64,000 nt of DNA. Source: Octopus bimaculoides (lineage: Eukaryota). The notes under the pieces are model-generated. The model was not told the origin of the DNA. It made no database searches and was given only the letters and a program-made list of their open reading frames with translations. Shown one piece after another: positions 49,066-63,073 of this stretch. The position numbers and the translations under genes were made by a program. The stretch's first letter is position 1. Every line of letters starts with the position of its first letter. The stretch is from assembly GCF_001194135.2 (NCBI RefSeq), contig NC_068990.1, positions 1,543,762 through 1,607,761 on the forward strand. Direction: 5' to 3'.

Positions 49066-50316
49066 TAAGGGTGGCTTGATAAGTTCATGGGCTGACTATG
49101 AAGGAGTGATGTTAGAGCTGTGAAATGTTGCATGCATTAAATTCAACTCTCACTATCTATAACTGCATTGTTTTGTTCCAGATAAATTGACATCTTACTG
49201 TTCAAAGAAGACTTTAAAAGCAGCCAGTAGTGGCTTCTCTTCAAAATTGACAAAATTTGACATTGTAGTGTTATGAAGTACCGATAGAAAAGAGGTTTAG
49301 CCCCCAAGGACATGCATGCTGGCATAATTGCTACGTTAGGGGATGACACACCAGTGCAAAAGTGGGCTGCTGAACTTAAGAGGCGAAGGGCCTTGAAGGT
49401 GAGCCAAGATCTGGACATCTTGTAACTGCCACCACTAAGGAAAGCGTTGATTGTGTTCACCACATATTGATGGGTTATAAGCAATTGACTATAAGCCAAA
49501 TAGCCAATGCTGTCCTGTGAAAGAATATTCTGCACAATGAACTTGGCATGATGGCACCCACCGGTCAGTGGGTGCCATGTCTTCTGACACCTGATCAAAA
49601 GCACACCAGGCTGATCACATCATGAAAAAAATTTGATATTGTTTCAAGCAGATGCAGCTGGTTTCTTTGACTGTTTCCTAATCCAGTATGTGTTGTGGGC
49701 ATCACTTTGAACAAGAGATAAAGAAACATGCAGTAGAAACACCTCTCCTCACCTGCCACAAAGAAGGCCGTGGTCGTTTTATCTGCAGGGAAGGTGATGG
49801 TCTCAGTTTTCTGAGATGCATGAGGCATTATGTTTATAGACTATCTCCAAAAGGGCCATATCATCAATGGAGAGTACTATGCCAATTTACTAAGGCAGTC
49901 ACGAAAGGCTATCAAGATGTCCACCCAAGAAAACCTGATGAGAGGAGTCTTGTTTCATCTGGACACTGCTGCAGGACCCAACTCCTTGGTCTCAATGGCT
50001 GCTGTGTGTAACTGTGGCTTTGAATTATTTGATAACTCTCTATTCTCCTGATTTGGCCCCATTTGACTATCAAGTATTCCTCAATGGGGAAAAACACTTG
50101 GCTGGGAACCAGTATTGCAGTGATGAGGACTTGAGCACAGCTATTGATGGCTTGTTTCAGTAACAGGATGAAAACTTCCTCACCAATGGGATCCAAGCAC
50201 TGTAACATTGATGGAAGAAGTGTGTGGACCACAAGAGGGACTATGTTTAAAAAATAAACCTTATTTGGTCACATTCCATGGACGTATCTTGGTCAGCCTA
50301 TGTACTTTTCAGGCAA
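49066..50316 (+). mobile_element. Near full-length decayed mariner (DD34D-type) transposon
   Basis: IDYLQKGHIINGEYYANLLRQSRKAIK, RGVLFHLDTA, SPDLAPFDY and WKKCVD motifs. Imperfect TIRs GCTTGATAAGTTCATGGGCTGAC and GTCAGCCTATGTACTTTTCAGGC. About 1.25 kb with many stops. Confidence 0.9.
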
Positions 50317-51451
50317 TAAGGGTTCTACACTGATATTTTCCTGGTATCATTTCCTGGTAATATACACTGATATTATTTGAGCAATCATATTAGGAATGAA
50401 TGATAAGTAATTTTTTCAAAAATAAATTAAGCAAGGTGCTTTTATTTAAGAAAGAACTTTTATTCATTCTAAATTAATTAATTATATTGGTTTCAAATTT
50501 TTGGTACAGTGCCAAGAATTTCAGGAAGGGAGTAAGTCAATTACATCGACCTCAGTACTCAACTGGTACTTTTTTCATCACCCTTGAAAGAATGAAAGAT
50601 AGAGTTAGCTTTGGCTGAGTTTGAACTCAGGAAATAAAAATGGATGTTATACTGCTAAGTAATTTGCCCAGTGTGCTAACGATTCTATCTGTGCACTGCC
50701 TTCACTATTTATTTATCTTAAATACTATTTAATAATACAATATACACGCCAAATATAAAGATATTAAAAGCTTGTAAATAAGCTTGCATTTCCTTTTACA
50801 ACACACACACATATATATTTCATATATATTTCATAAAACTTAACATGTATAATATCATAACATTGAAGAATTAGTAGAGAATGGTTGTAACTTATATTAA
50901 TATACTGCAAATTCTCTTTATGCATACTATAAGAGCAGGGTTTATCTACATCTAGATATATACAAGAAATCAAGTATTCATCATGTGACAGCACATCTTT
51001 GATTCAAGTCTGATGAAGTGCTTTTTAATGTCTAAAACCACAAACATTAGGTAAATTTTCATTTGAAATTTTGCATTAACTGGCATTGCAAATAGTGTTG
51101 GCACAGAAACAATTGTAACAAATCATTAAAGATGTGTTAAAGAATCTTCTTCTTCTTCTTCTTCTTCTTCTTCTTCTTCTTCTTCTTCTTCTTCTTCTTC
51201 TTCTTCTTCTTCTCCTTCTCCTTCTTCTTCTTCTTCTTCTTCTTCTTCTTCTTCTTCTTCTTCTTCTTCTTCTTCTCATTTGGATTATTTACTCTTTATG
51301 AAACCCACTTTACGGTGTAATCATCTTGAAACTTGGATTTTCTACACTTGAGAAATTCCAGCTTTGGTTTGAAACCCGACAGTGATGATAGCCCAATATT
51401 TGGGTCAAGTGCTTCTCTGAAAATACCCTAACTTTACACCCTCCCTGGCCT

Positions 51452-51492
<41 letters not shown>

Positions 51493-52742
51493 ACATACAT
51501 ACATAGATACATACATACATATGCATGCATAACATACACATATATATACATTCACGCGCGCGCGCACACACACACGCACACACACACGCACACACACACA
51601 CACTCTCACACTCATGCACATGCACAAACACACACACACATTTGCCCATTTGCCCTTTCACTAACAGCAATTTTTACAATGTTCATCTGCCATATTTATT
51701 CACAACACATTGACTGAACGAGGGGGCTGTAGGAAGCAACTGGCTTTAGGTACTGCAAAGTAGGACTGAACCAAGAACCACGTAGTTTCAAAGGCAAACT
51801 TCTTAAACCACACAGCCCATACTTGTCCTCATATCCCTACATTTATACATGTACGATATATTTGTATCATGCATGCATATGCACATCCATCACACACACA
51901 GATGCACACACATAAACACACATGCATACATACACGTATATAACATATTTATATGCAGTATAGGATTTATATAATTTTTAGTGATTGAACATTGAGTACA
52001 TTTTATAAGGTATTTCGTTATTGTTATTTGTAAAGTTTTAATGATCCTATGTTGTCAGTTTAAATAAATTAAGTATGTGTTTAACTATGTTTACAGCCTG
52101 TTTATTTTTCCAAGAGGCTTCAATTTTCTTTATTTATTTTGAATATTTTCAAACTGTGAGTTTTCTAATAGATTTCATTCTATCTCCATGACGTGATCAC
52201 CTGGGAGTAAAATTCCATTGTTGATAGTAAACAGTTTCCCTTTACACATGTCGATATATTGATAGCTATTCTTAATAATGAAATGAAATTTGGCATGGTG
52301 TAATTAACAACGGTAAAAGAGAATAATTCTGTACTTAAATGCACTCATGAGAGTTGCATTATAAATATAATCCCATTTTTAGATATAAATCATTTGCAAA
52401 TAATGATGGAAAATCAACATGATCCATATTGCCAAAAGTACAATGATGAATATGTATTTTGTTGAAGCAAGTGCTCTGATGTAGCTAATTCAGAAAGAAG
52501 AGAATTTAGATCTGGCAATAAATAGTGCAACTGGAAAGATTTATCTGACAAATAATCAACAATGCACGAAGGAACTTGTATGTGTGTGTGTGTGTGTCTG
52601 TATGTATGTGCACATGTATGTATCTATATCTCTCTATATATTTGTCTGTCTATCTATCTATCTACATATATAGATATGTGTGTGGGTGTATATGTATATA
52701 TATAAATATGCCTATATCTACATACACATGCACACACACACC

Positions 52743-52776
<34 letters not shown>

Positions 52777-53269
52777 TTTGTATGATAATACTGAACAGTA
52801 AAAACGAGAGCTCAATACTGCGTTGGTGGATGAATATTTTTTAGTTGTGCGATATATATATATANNNNNNNNNNNNNNNNNNNNNNNNNNNNNNNNNNNN
52901 NNNNNNNNNNNNNNNNNNNNNNNNNNNNNNNNNNNNAGAGAGAGAGAGAGAGATAGATAGATAGATAGATAGATAGATTCAGATGAATTAGGTGCTTAAG
53001 TTGAGGCACCAGAGTTTAGTGCAGCATTATCCATACAGTTTCAAAATAAGGTGATTAAAATCAAAATAAGGTGATTAAAATCAAAATAAGGAACAGGATA
53101 TCCAGAGGTAATGCAGTACGATCATTTCAAGCGACTCCATTTAATTGAACAATGCAACCATTACATCGATTTAAATGCAGAGCATGGGTGGCTGGGTGTC
53201 AGCCATTGTCCCTCTGTCATTATGTACCCTTCAGCGTGTCGACATGCTAGCCATTGAAGAACATACATT

Positions 53270-53690
53270 TTTAGTTGAATGGGTGTTTTGAGCTGGAAAC
53301 AAATACAGCGATACTGTGAAACAGAAGTCCAGTGAGACTTTTCCACATCGTGACACTGTGCGGGATTTGATAAGAAAATTTAGAAATACAGGCTCAGTGA
53401 AAGACACGGCAAGAAGTGGTTGTCCGACTGTTCTTTCAGACGAAACACTCTCAAATATTTCTGATAAACAGTTCACAAGCCCATCAGAGTCCTTATGCAA
53501 ATTGTCACATGAAACGGAAATCAGCCTAGGAAGTGCTCACACAGCAGTAAAAAATGAATTAAATTTCAACACCTCTTATAAAGTTTTTGAAAGTCTTGTA
53601 AAATCTAATGTATCCTTTTGTAGTCTTATACCATCTTATATTTATTTTGCAATAAAATACTTATTGTGGAGGAACTTTTTCAACACCCTG
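53270..53690 (+). mobile_element. Internally deleted Tc1/mariner-superfamily element (HTH region and 3' TIR)
   Basis: TVRDLIRKFRNTGSVKDTARSGCPTV...SPSESLCKLSHETEIS; ends GAACTTTTTCAACACCCTG-TA. Confidence 0.75.
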
Positions 53691-54139
53691 TATATGCATG
53701 TATATGCATATGTATATATGAATATATACACATGTATGTGTGTGAGCTTGTGTGTATCTGTGTGTATATTATATTTAGTTTATTACTTTTTGTGATTATT
53801 TATTTAAAATTAAAATCAGATATTCATTTAGTGACAGAACTTTAATCCAATTAATCAGAAGCATATAATGAGATAAAAAAGATAATTCAAGTAGACCAAT
53901 AGTATGGATTTAGGTAGATCAGTTAAGGAAGTAATGTGCAGAATGATGATTGCAAAGAACTCTAAATTAATATTATTTTTCGTTTAACTTCAAGAAAGAA
54001 AACAAAATCTTAGCAATAAATCTTAGCATCTTTGAAAGTAAAGTGGTGTTAATTCCGAAATGTTGAAGATTAATTTCGCAGAATTAATTCAAATGCTTTG
54101 AGGAAAATCTCATCTTCGTTTGCAGGTAAGGAGTGGGGT

Positions 54140-54180
54140 TACAACTAGATGCATATTTTGGCATTATTGGGCCTCATCAG
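54140..54180 (-). ncRNA. Degenerate hammerhead-like core
   Basis: Minus strand CTGATGA-GGC-CCAATAAT-GCC-AAAA-TATGCAT; the required GAAA reads AAAA. Confidence 0.35.
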
Positions 54181-54473
54181 CATAGCATAGTCAAACACAA
54201 ACCTGTTTGGTCAGTCCAAAAGTATTTTCACTCTTTCATTTTGCATTCATTTTTCCATGCTATTATATTGTTTTAGATGGATACATATTGTTAAAGCATT
54301 GCTTTTATGCTTCTGCAGCCTGCCGCCCTTTCTGTCAATAACCCTCACTTGTTTTATAAGTAAAGGAGTTTTCATTTCATGCGTCTTTGAAAGTAAGGTG
54401 CTACCAGATGGTTTCTTGACAAATAAATGTGACAACATTGTCTGTAGCTCAGCAATTCTTCACATAGTTGCAC

Positions 54474-54558
<85 letters not shown>

Positions 54559-55494
54559 GACAGTGACCTGTAACAATTTGCATAAGTAAAAATAAAAATG
54601 CAAAATATTGACCAAAACTCTTTGTAAATATTTTTCTAGACGATGACGATGGTGATGATGATGCTTTTGATGATGATGATGAAGATGATGATGATGATGA
54701 TGATCATCACCACCGCAACCACCATTATCAGCAGCAGCAGCATTTCCCATGCTGCCATATTTTTATAGTCTGAGTTATTTCTCATTGGGAGCTGCTGTTC
54801 TCATAAACTAGTGTTTCTGAATGTCATTTGGTTTGGTTTCTACAGTTGAATGCTTTTCCTGTGACCAACCACCCTGCAGAGTGTACTGGGTGCATTTTCT
54901 TAAGACGTCAACACTAGGTAGGTTAAACAGTCTTCACTGTGACAGGACTAAAGCGACCTCACAACACTTCACTTTCTCTGTTCATCTGCAAACGAACTTA
55001 AAATTGATATTAAGGATATTTTTCATATCACCAGCACCAGAGAGGTTACCTTTCTCACTAATCACTACTGCTGAGAATGGAGTAGAATTCCTGGGGGTGG
55101 GTTATCATTATTATCAACATTTTGTGACCACTTCATATACTGGCATGAAATAGATGGGCTATCATAGCCAAAGTAACTTTTAATTTTGTGTTGCTACTCA
55201 CATAAACTAATGCTCATACATGTTATCTGGCTGGATGCTGTTCCTATCTTCAACCACTTTACAGAGTGTACTGGATGCATCTTCTTATGACACAAATACT
55301 AGAGTACTCGGTAATCTAAGGCATGTAAACTGAGGAGGAGAATAGAATATGAAACAATGAGAGTAGAATGGCCTAAAATAAGGAGTTTTGAGGTTAATAG
55401 TTGTGTGAGTTCAGACGGTAACAGAGGTGTGAGTTTAGAGAGTGCGCATTAGCATAGGGCTTGTACATTTACTCCTCCTCTTTCTCTTTCTTTC

Positions 55495-55880
55495 CTGTTC
55501 CCTTTGTACTCTTTTACTTGTTTCAGTTAGTTGACTGTTGCCATGCTGGAGCACTGCCTTGAAGGGTTCTTCACGAACAAATTGACCCCAGGACTTATTA
55601 TTTTTTTTAAGCCTCGTACTTATTCTAATGGTCTCTTTTGATGGACTGCTTAGCTATTGGGGTACTAACACAGACATAAACACACACACATGCACACACA
55701 CACGCACACACACACACATACACACACACATGATAGGCTTCTTTCAGTTTCCGTCTACCATATCCACTCACAAGGCCTTGGTCGGCCCAAGGCTAAAGTA
55801 GAAGACACTTGGCCAAGGTGCCATACAGTGGGACTGAACCCAGAACCATGTTGTTTTGGTAGCCAGCTTCTTACGACAGC
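55495..55880 (-). mobile_element. SINE family B, reverse orientation
   Basis: Reverse complement of the 46182 copy from tail to head. Confidence 0.85.
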
Positions 55881-57689
55881 CACACCTTTGCTTTGTAGAT
55901 CATTTTCCTATCTTAAAATCTCAGTGAATAACCAAGTAAACTGCAGCCTTACGATGCTCTGTCAACAAGTTTCAGTATGAATAAATCATGTCTGCAGCTG
56001 TCATTTTCCATGCTAATGAAGGTCAGATTTTCCTCTAAGTATGTAAATTAATTTTATGCAATCAGTTCTTAATTTCTATGAATTATCTTCCCCTTTTCAG
56101 TTTCAGAGTCACTAATAAATACTACTTGATATTTCTTTTACTTTTTTGTTTTCTTTCTCCAACTAAGTGGAAATTTTCAATAGAAAGTTTTTTTTTATTC
56201 TTTTCCTTTTCCTTTTTCTTTTTGTCCTTTTTTGTCTGTGTCATTCAGTCAATTGCTGCTTACCTTATTTAATCTCCATAGTACATCATGGATTAAAAAA
56301 TAGTGTCAACTGAAGACTCTAAAAATTTTTCAACACAAAAATAATCTCTTACATGTGACACCTTAAAGTACGAGACAAAAAAATAATTAAAAAATAAGAT
56401 AATACTAAAAAAAAAATTTAATCGTGATTGTGTGAGATGTCGTGAAGAAATGATTTATAACCAAATTAAGCTTGTATAGTAGTTAAATACAGTTATTTAG
56501 TTATTTATAATTATTTTTTTGTTTGTTTATACCATTGTGAGATAAATAATGCTGAAGCATGAAGAAAGAGTTTCTCTGAGTAGTAGTAGGAGGAGGGGCC
56601 ACCCCTCCTTAATACAGAAAAGTGCATTTGTGTAAAAGTTGCATTTAAATGTTAAGCAGTGACAACTTCTGAAAGATTAAGGTATTTTTTGGTTTCTAAG
56701 GAAAAGAACATGAAAAGCTCCCAAACATTCACACACACAGATTTTTATAATACATGGGTGTATGTGAGCATGCACACATGTGTGTGTGTGTGTGAGTGTG
56801 CTTGTATGTTTGAGTGTGTGTTTGCATACACAAGGATGTTGAGTATATATATGTGTGGTTATAGGTTTTATTCTAACAGTTTGTAAAATTATGAAGTAAA
56901 AAGAGAAACCTTCTTAAACTTAAATGTTTTAATTTACTATGGATATTATTAAGAAGAGAAACTGCGAAAATTAGGTATTATAAAATTAATGTTGAGCTAT
57001 TTTAGTGTAATATTTGTACCGAAAAACAACTTAAATTTTCAAAAATACATTTTTTATGATAAAGATGTAAACATTCAAAGGTGTTATCAAGGTGAAAATT
57101 CAGCTTGTATTTAAATAAGATATTTACGAAATTTGTATTTTAATTAAACTTTCAATTTAAACTAATTAAAAATAAAACATACTTAAAAGAAAATTGCTTG
57201 TGTTACTAGGGGTAAAGAACAAACAATATATTTATAAGAAGAGAAAAAATAAATAACCACATGAAATCTCATTTATTTTTTTAATGAAATGAAGGACCAA
57301 GTGAAACATCTCTCTTACTAATAGGTGTAGACTTAGCTGTGTGGTTAAGAATCTTGCTTTACAACCACGTGATTTCAGGTTCAATCCCTGAATGTGTGGA
57401 ACTTTAGGCAAGTATTTTCTACTGTAGTCCCCAGTTATCCCTTTCCTGTTGACAATCTCCAGTGTTAGTTGTTTGATTTTTTTCTTTGGTTCAAATTAGC
57501 CAGCTGATGACAGAACACATCAGAATGGTCTTATTTTGTGAGAGAAGCTCATAACAAATAATGCCTTTATGATCCTACCAAACACAAAGCATGGATATTT
57601 GTCTTTGGTTGCTGTTTTGGGATCTCCTTACGTAAGCTCCAGGATCTTTTTTGCCCTGCGATTTTGTACATAATCTATTTTTTATCTCC

Positions 57690-58327
57690 AATCACAAGTT
57701 GCTTTAAAAAAGCATGCTTTCATTGCATTTCAAAAGCAAATCACAAACAGAAAACTGGTCCAAGTAATTCTTTTGTGAGAGTTTGTGAGGGAGCCATACA
57801 TTATAGCAGAACTGTATCCTAGCTTCACCAGGTGTTCATGAGCCATACGTCTTGAAACTTCCAGCTCCCCTGCAAGTTCTCTAGTAGTGATATTTGAATT
57901 ATCTTCGATTTTTGCCTTCAAAACACCTTCATCCAATTTTGAAGGTCTTCCACTGCAACTGTCATCTTCCAAACTAAACTCTCCAGCTTTAATTTTGCAA
58001 ACCACCTTCGAGCAGTTGATTCATCTACAGCATCATCACCATAAACTTCACAAATGTTTTTGCAAGTCTTTGCAGCATCTTCTCCTTTTTTAAAAACAGA
58101 AAAGCATTATAACGCAAATATGAAATTTTTGGCTATCCATTTCAAATGTCAATAAAGGGTAACCAAAATGAAAGATAAATCTATTTTTAGTCAAGAACAA
58201 AGAAGAGACGCACTACCACTTCAAGCAATGTCAAAGTTTTAACTGTGTTTGTTACGTTGCAGGTGTGTTCAATGAAGCATTAAAAGATTTACCTTAAAAA
58301 TACTCAGAACTTTCTAGACAACCTAAT
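57690..58327 (-). mobile_element. Mariner (Mos1-like) 5' fragment
   Basis: KIKAGEFSLEDDSCSGRPSKLDEGVLKAKIEDNSNITTRELAGELEVS (second HTH); TIR-like TATTAGGTTGTCTAGAAAGTT at the right end on minus. Confidence 0.8.
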
Positions 58328-59092
58328 ATTTTATTTTGGTGGACCCCCATAGCCATTCGATGCTTAGAAACTAATTTTATTGATACTTCTTTCAAAATTC
58401 CTATTTTGTCTTTTACACATTCTCCCATTTAGGTTTGCAATAGAATTCTCTATTTTGCCTTTCATCCTTGTCCGGGTCAATAAATTAAGAACCAGTTACA
58501 CACTGAGGTCGATGTAATCGACTTAATCCCTTTGTCTGCCCTTGTCTGTCCCCTCTATGTTTAACCCCTTGTGGACAATAAAGAAACATGAATTCTCTGA
58601 GAGAACGTGTTTCATTGGCTGGAAACATGTTAAACTATGTAAAACATTAGAGAAAGAAACTGAGCTGTTTTCCTTTTTTTTGCAATGAATAAATCTAAAG
58701 CATATTTTTTTTCATGGACCCTTAAAATATTGATCTGGATCTGCAATTTACTATTTTGTTTGTACCTTCTTAACAAAAGGTAGTTACCTTCTCAAGTTGT
58801 ACCGACAGATAAGGGCTAGTTTCCCAGTTTCATGGTGTATAAACTCCCTACCTGGATGGAATGCTGATCCCTCACAGGATTGCTCATTTTTGCCAGCTGA
58901 GTGGACTGGAGCAATGTGAAATGAAGTGCTTTGTTCAAGAACAATGTGTCACTTGGTCCAGGAATCGAAACCACAATCTTACAATCATGGGTCCAACACC
59001 CTAAGCACTAAACTACGTGCCTCCACTGCTTGTATGTACCCACCCCCAATCTTATATCGATAAATAATTCAGCCATACCCACACATGTGCTT

Positions 59093-59127
<35 letters not shown>

Positions 59128-59365
59128 CATATATATAAATATCAGATATGTATTATCATGGACATTTGGACATATTTGAGATGTGTAAATTTCCATAAAA
59201 CTGAGCAAAATGTTGGTGGTTGATTGTGAGATAAGAAACTTACGTAAGTATATGACTTATGATAGAATTTGACATGATGCAACCAACAAGACCTTCTCTA
59301 ACAGAAATCTTTTGTTTCATCTCTGTGTATGCGTGTGTTTGTGTATTTACACACATACACACATG

Positions 59366-59487
<122 letters not shown>

Positions 59488-61089
59488 CATATTTATATAT
59501 GTACATATATATATGTACACTGTATTAAAAAGCTACTAATAATTTCTTGCTATTAAGACATGGGGTTAAGCTGGTTTTTATAATGTGCCTTGTATCTCCA
59601 GGCAATCTTCAAGCTCTGACCTCATGGTTTGTTATATTTGAAAATCAGGACACTGGTACATGAGAAACAAAGAGAAAAACTAGAAGTTTGATGCAAAAAG
59701 TAAAATGAGAAGGGTGAATAAAAATGGAAAAAGAAAAGAAAATTAGAATTACACTTCCTTTGACTGCAGAAATCATAATTAAACTAGTTGTTATAGAATA
59801 ACTCAGTGGAGAGGGGTCTAAAGTTTTGAGACAGCCTCTTAATTTGGGGAGGGTGGTGCCCTCCAGTTCACCTAAAGGAATTTGTCCATATGCTGGCATT
59901 TGCTGAAAATTTCAGATTTGAAATTAAGAAGTGTTGTGGAATTCTTGGATCTAAAAAGAATATGCAATCTTTCAATGATGCATAAGTTGCATATGTTAGA
60001 TCCATTTATATGTTGCATGATTTCTCCATGATTCTTCATTGATATTGTATGTGGTGTTTAGTTGGTCTCCAAACCCCATAAATAACAAGCCAGCTTAGTG
60101 AATTTACTTCTGTTTATGTGCTGAAAAGAAAACTGGTGGTTTGCATGACAGCTTTCAAAATTGCCTTCACATTATCCAATATAAGTTTTTTTTCCAGCTA
60201 TGTTCCCTTGAAGCATTACTGTGATTTCTGCATCAAAGGTAACAGAGTTATCATTATACATGCCTGGTCAAGTGGGCAAGCTTCAGAGTCTCAATTGTTG
60301 CAAATGGGAACAGGCTCTGAGTGAAGTTTACAAGTGATATGAGGCACAAGTCACAACAACGTTTCAAGATTATGTAACCAAAACAAAAAATACATCAGTG
60401 TATGTGAAAGCAATTAAAAAAAATATTATGCAAACCACCAGTCTTCTTTCCAGCACATCGACAAAAGTAAAGCCCTTAAGTTGGCAAGCCACGTTCAAAG
60501 CATCCTCTAGGTAGATTGATGGATGCATGCATTTTGAAATACTTATCTCCTCTTCAGCATCAGACACTGGAAGGGGAAGGCATGATGGACTGACCCAAAA
60601 TAAATCTCTCTTATATTCCAGCTAACATTCTGTGAGTGGTTGCACTATTCGGCAGGTCTGCTATAATGAATTACAAAATTGAAGTACTGAGCAGGGTTGC
60701 ACTGGCATATTTGAACCCATTAAAATACCATTCAATGCACTATTTCATGGAGAAAATATCTTGGTGTAGGTGCAAACACAAGAAGTCAGTTTTACATGCG
60801 CACGTGCACACACACACACACACACACACATGCACACACAAATACACTACCAATTTTGTGGTTATTGATGATCTTGTGCCACTGAACATGATTATGTAAG
60901 GTTACTTAAACTTCCTGCAATGATTAAATATTAATTCTTTTCATTTCCAAGTCTTTCTGACACACTTTTGTTTATTCCTCAGCAACATAAGCAGGACGTG
61001 AGAAATATTTTCCTTACAACTGACTATAATCACATGGAGATGCAAATATTTAAAATTAATTCTAATCCAACGTTCTAAACTCCTAACGG

Positions 61090-61137
<48 letters not shown>

Positions 61138-62296
61138 TTCTTTCTTATTTCTCTCTCTGTAAAGAGAAAGTTGATTGATAACTTACTTTTACAGCAGAGA
61201 ATACTGTGCCCCAGCATGGAAGAAGAAAACATCAATAAATATTTTTCACAGTTACGTTTCATGAAAGAGTTTCTAGTGGGGGAATTAGATTTTGTTTTAG
61301 ATATTTTCCCCTTCATAACCCTTTCTATCATAGGCACAAGACCCGAAACTTTTGGGGCAGGCGGCCAGCCAATTACACTGACTTTAGTGTTTAACTGGTG
61401 CTTATTTCATCAACCCTGAAAAGAGGAATGACAAAGTTGACCTCATTGGCATTCGAACTCAGAATGTACAGACAGACGAAATACCACAAAGCATTTAGTC
61501 TGGCGTGCTAGTGATTCTGCCAGCATGACACCTTTATTTGCACCTTCATAATATTATAGTTGAAAGGTCGGAAGAATGTTTCAAATATTTGTAGTGAATA
61601 CATCAAGGTGTGTCATGAAGGTTCATTATCAAAAATGCCATTAATAACAGAGTGACACTCTGCTAGAAATTTGTCCAGAATTATTTTTACAGACCTTCTG
61701 TAAATCTGGTAACAGCATGGAACCAAGTGTGCGAGAAAAGTGGTGTGTACTACTAAGTATATTGATATAATAAGTAAACAGCATTTGAATAAATAGAATT
61801 GTGAGCTAAACTTAAAACTGTGTATTTTTAGTGAACACATAATTTTAACCTTGCTGTGAACATAAATGGTGTGGCTAGTTCGGTGTTAGAAAGGGCATCC
61901 AGATGTAGAAATCATGCCAAAGCAAACATAGAAACTGGCGGTGCCCTCTGGCTTGTCTGTTCTTGTCAAACCATCACACCCATGCTGGCATGGAAAAAGA
62001 GAAGTTAAATGATGATGATGCTGATGATGATGCTGATGATTATGATTATGATGATGACAATGACAATGATGACGACGATGACAGCAAAGAAGAATAAAAA
62101 GAAGAAGGAAGAGTAGGAGGAGGAGGAGGAGGAAGAAGAAGAAGAAATCTGTCACATTAATTCCAGTCTGTTATAGTTTGGAAAAGCCTGAATGTGAATT
62201 GTTGCAGTGTTCATTTCTGCGCTAAATTTAACATCATAAACATTTCAACACAAATTTGGTTATGTAAAATGTCTTAAAGAATATATGTGTGATGCA

Positions 62297-62340
<44 letters not shown>

Positions 62341-62399
62341 AGTGCATGCATACATATACTCAGAACTAAATGAATAATTGTTTTTTTGTCTCTCTTCAG

Positions 62400-62485
62400 G
62401 TTCCAGTTGTGCATTTACTGTAATTCCGCTCAGTATTGAAATCCCAAGCAACAAATCAGCAACAGTGAAAATTATTTTCACTCCT
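62400..62485 (+). CDS. CFAP65: Internal coding exon C (G-SSCAFTVIPLSIEIPSNKSATVKIIFTP)
   Basis: TTTTTTTGTCTCTCTTCAG acceptor, 86 nt, donor CCT|GTAAGT. Phase 1 start completes GGT with exon B. The CxFxVxPxSxxIPxxKSxxxxxxFxP pattern matches recalled CFAP65 (CPFWVTPESCDVPPLKSMAMRLHFQP). Confidence 0.9.
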
Positions 62486-63038
62486 GTAAGTAAGAACATG
62501 TTAATTCGATTGAGTGGATTGTTGGAAGTATTTTCATTTATGTATGGAAAGTAGGAGGTTGATAAAACTCACTACAGCGTGCAATTTGTAGGGAGCAAAT
62601 TAATTGGCATGCTCTAATTGTGAGCAGAGAAATTTGGAAGAAGTCAAGCAGAAAGAAGCGAAGTTTTTTTTTTTTAAATAAAACCTTAATTACTGAGACG
62701 TACAATATAGGTGTGGGCAACAAGAGGGTATCTTTGAATGTGTATGACCATTTGATGTGCTAGAAACGACAGCCAAATCTGCCTCAAATCAAATCGTTGG
62801 TGTCATAAAGAGAGAAAGACACACTTGGATGTTGTAGTCCTTGTGTTGGTAACGGTGGTGGTGGTGGTGGTGGTAGTGGCGTTGGTGGTGGCGTGACCTG
62901 CAGTTGAACAACAATGTCGTGAGCAACAACAGCAACAGCAACAACAACAACAACAAACCATGACAATGACTGATTATGACGACAACAGCGGTAACCACAG
63001 CAACAACGATGGCATCAACTACAACAACAACAACAACA

Positions 63039-63073
<35 letters not shown>

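Noticed and set aside
60198-60238. Exon-like segment with good acceptor and donor
   Set aside because: Would add a TGA in the required phase, and exons B and C already join colinearly; at most a pseudo- or poison exon.
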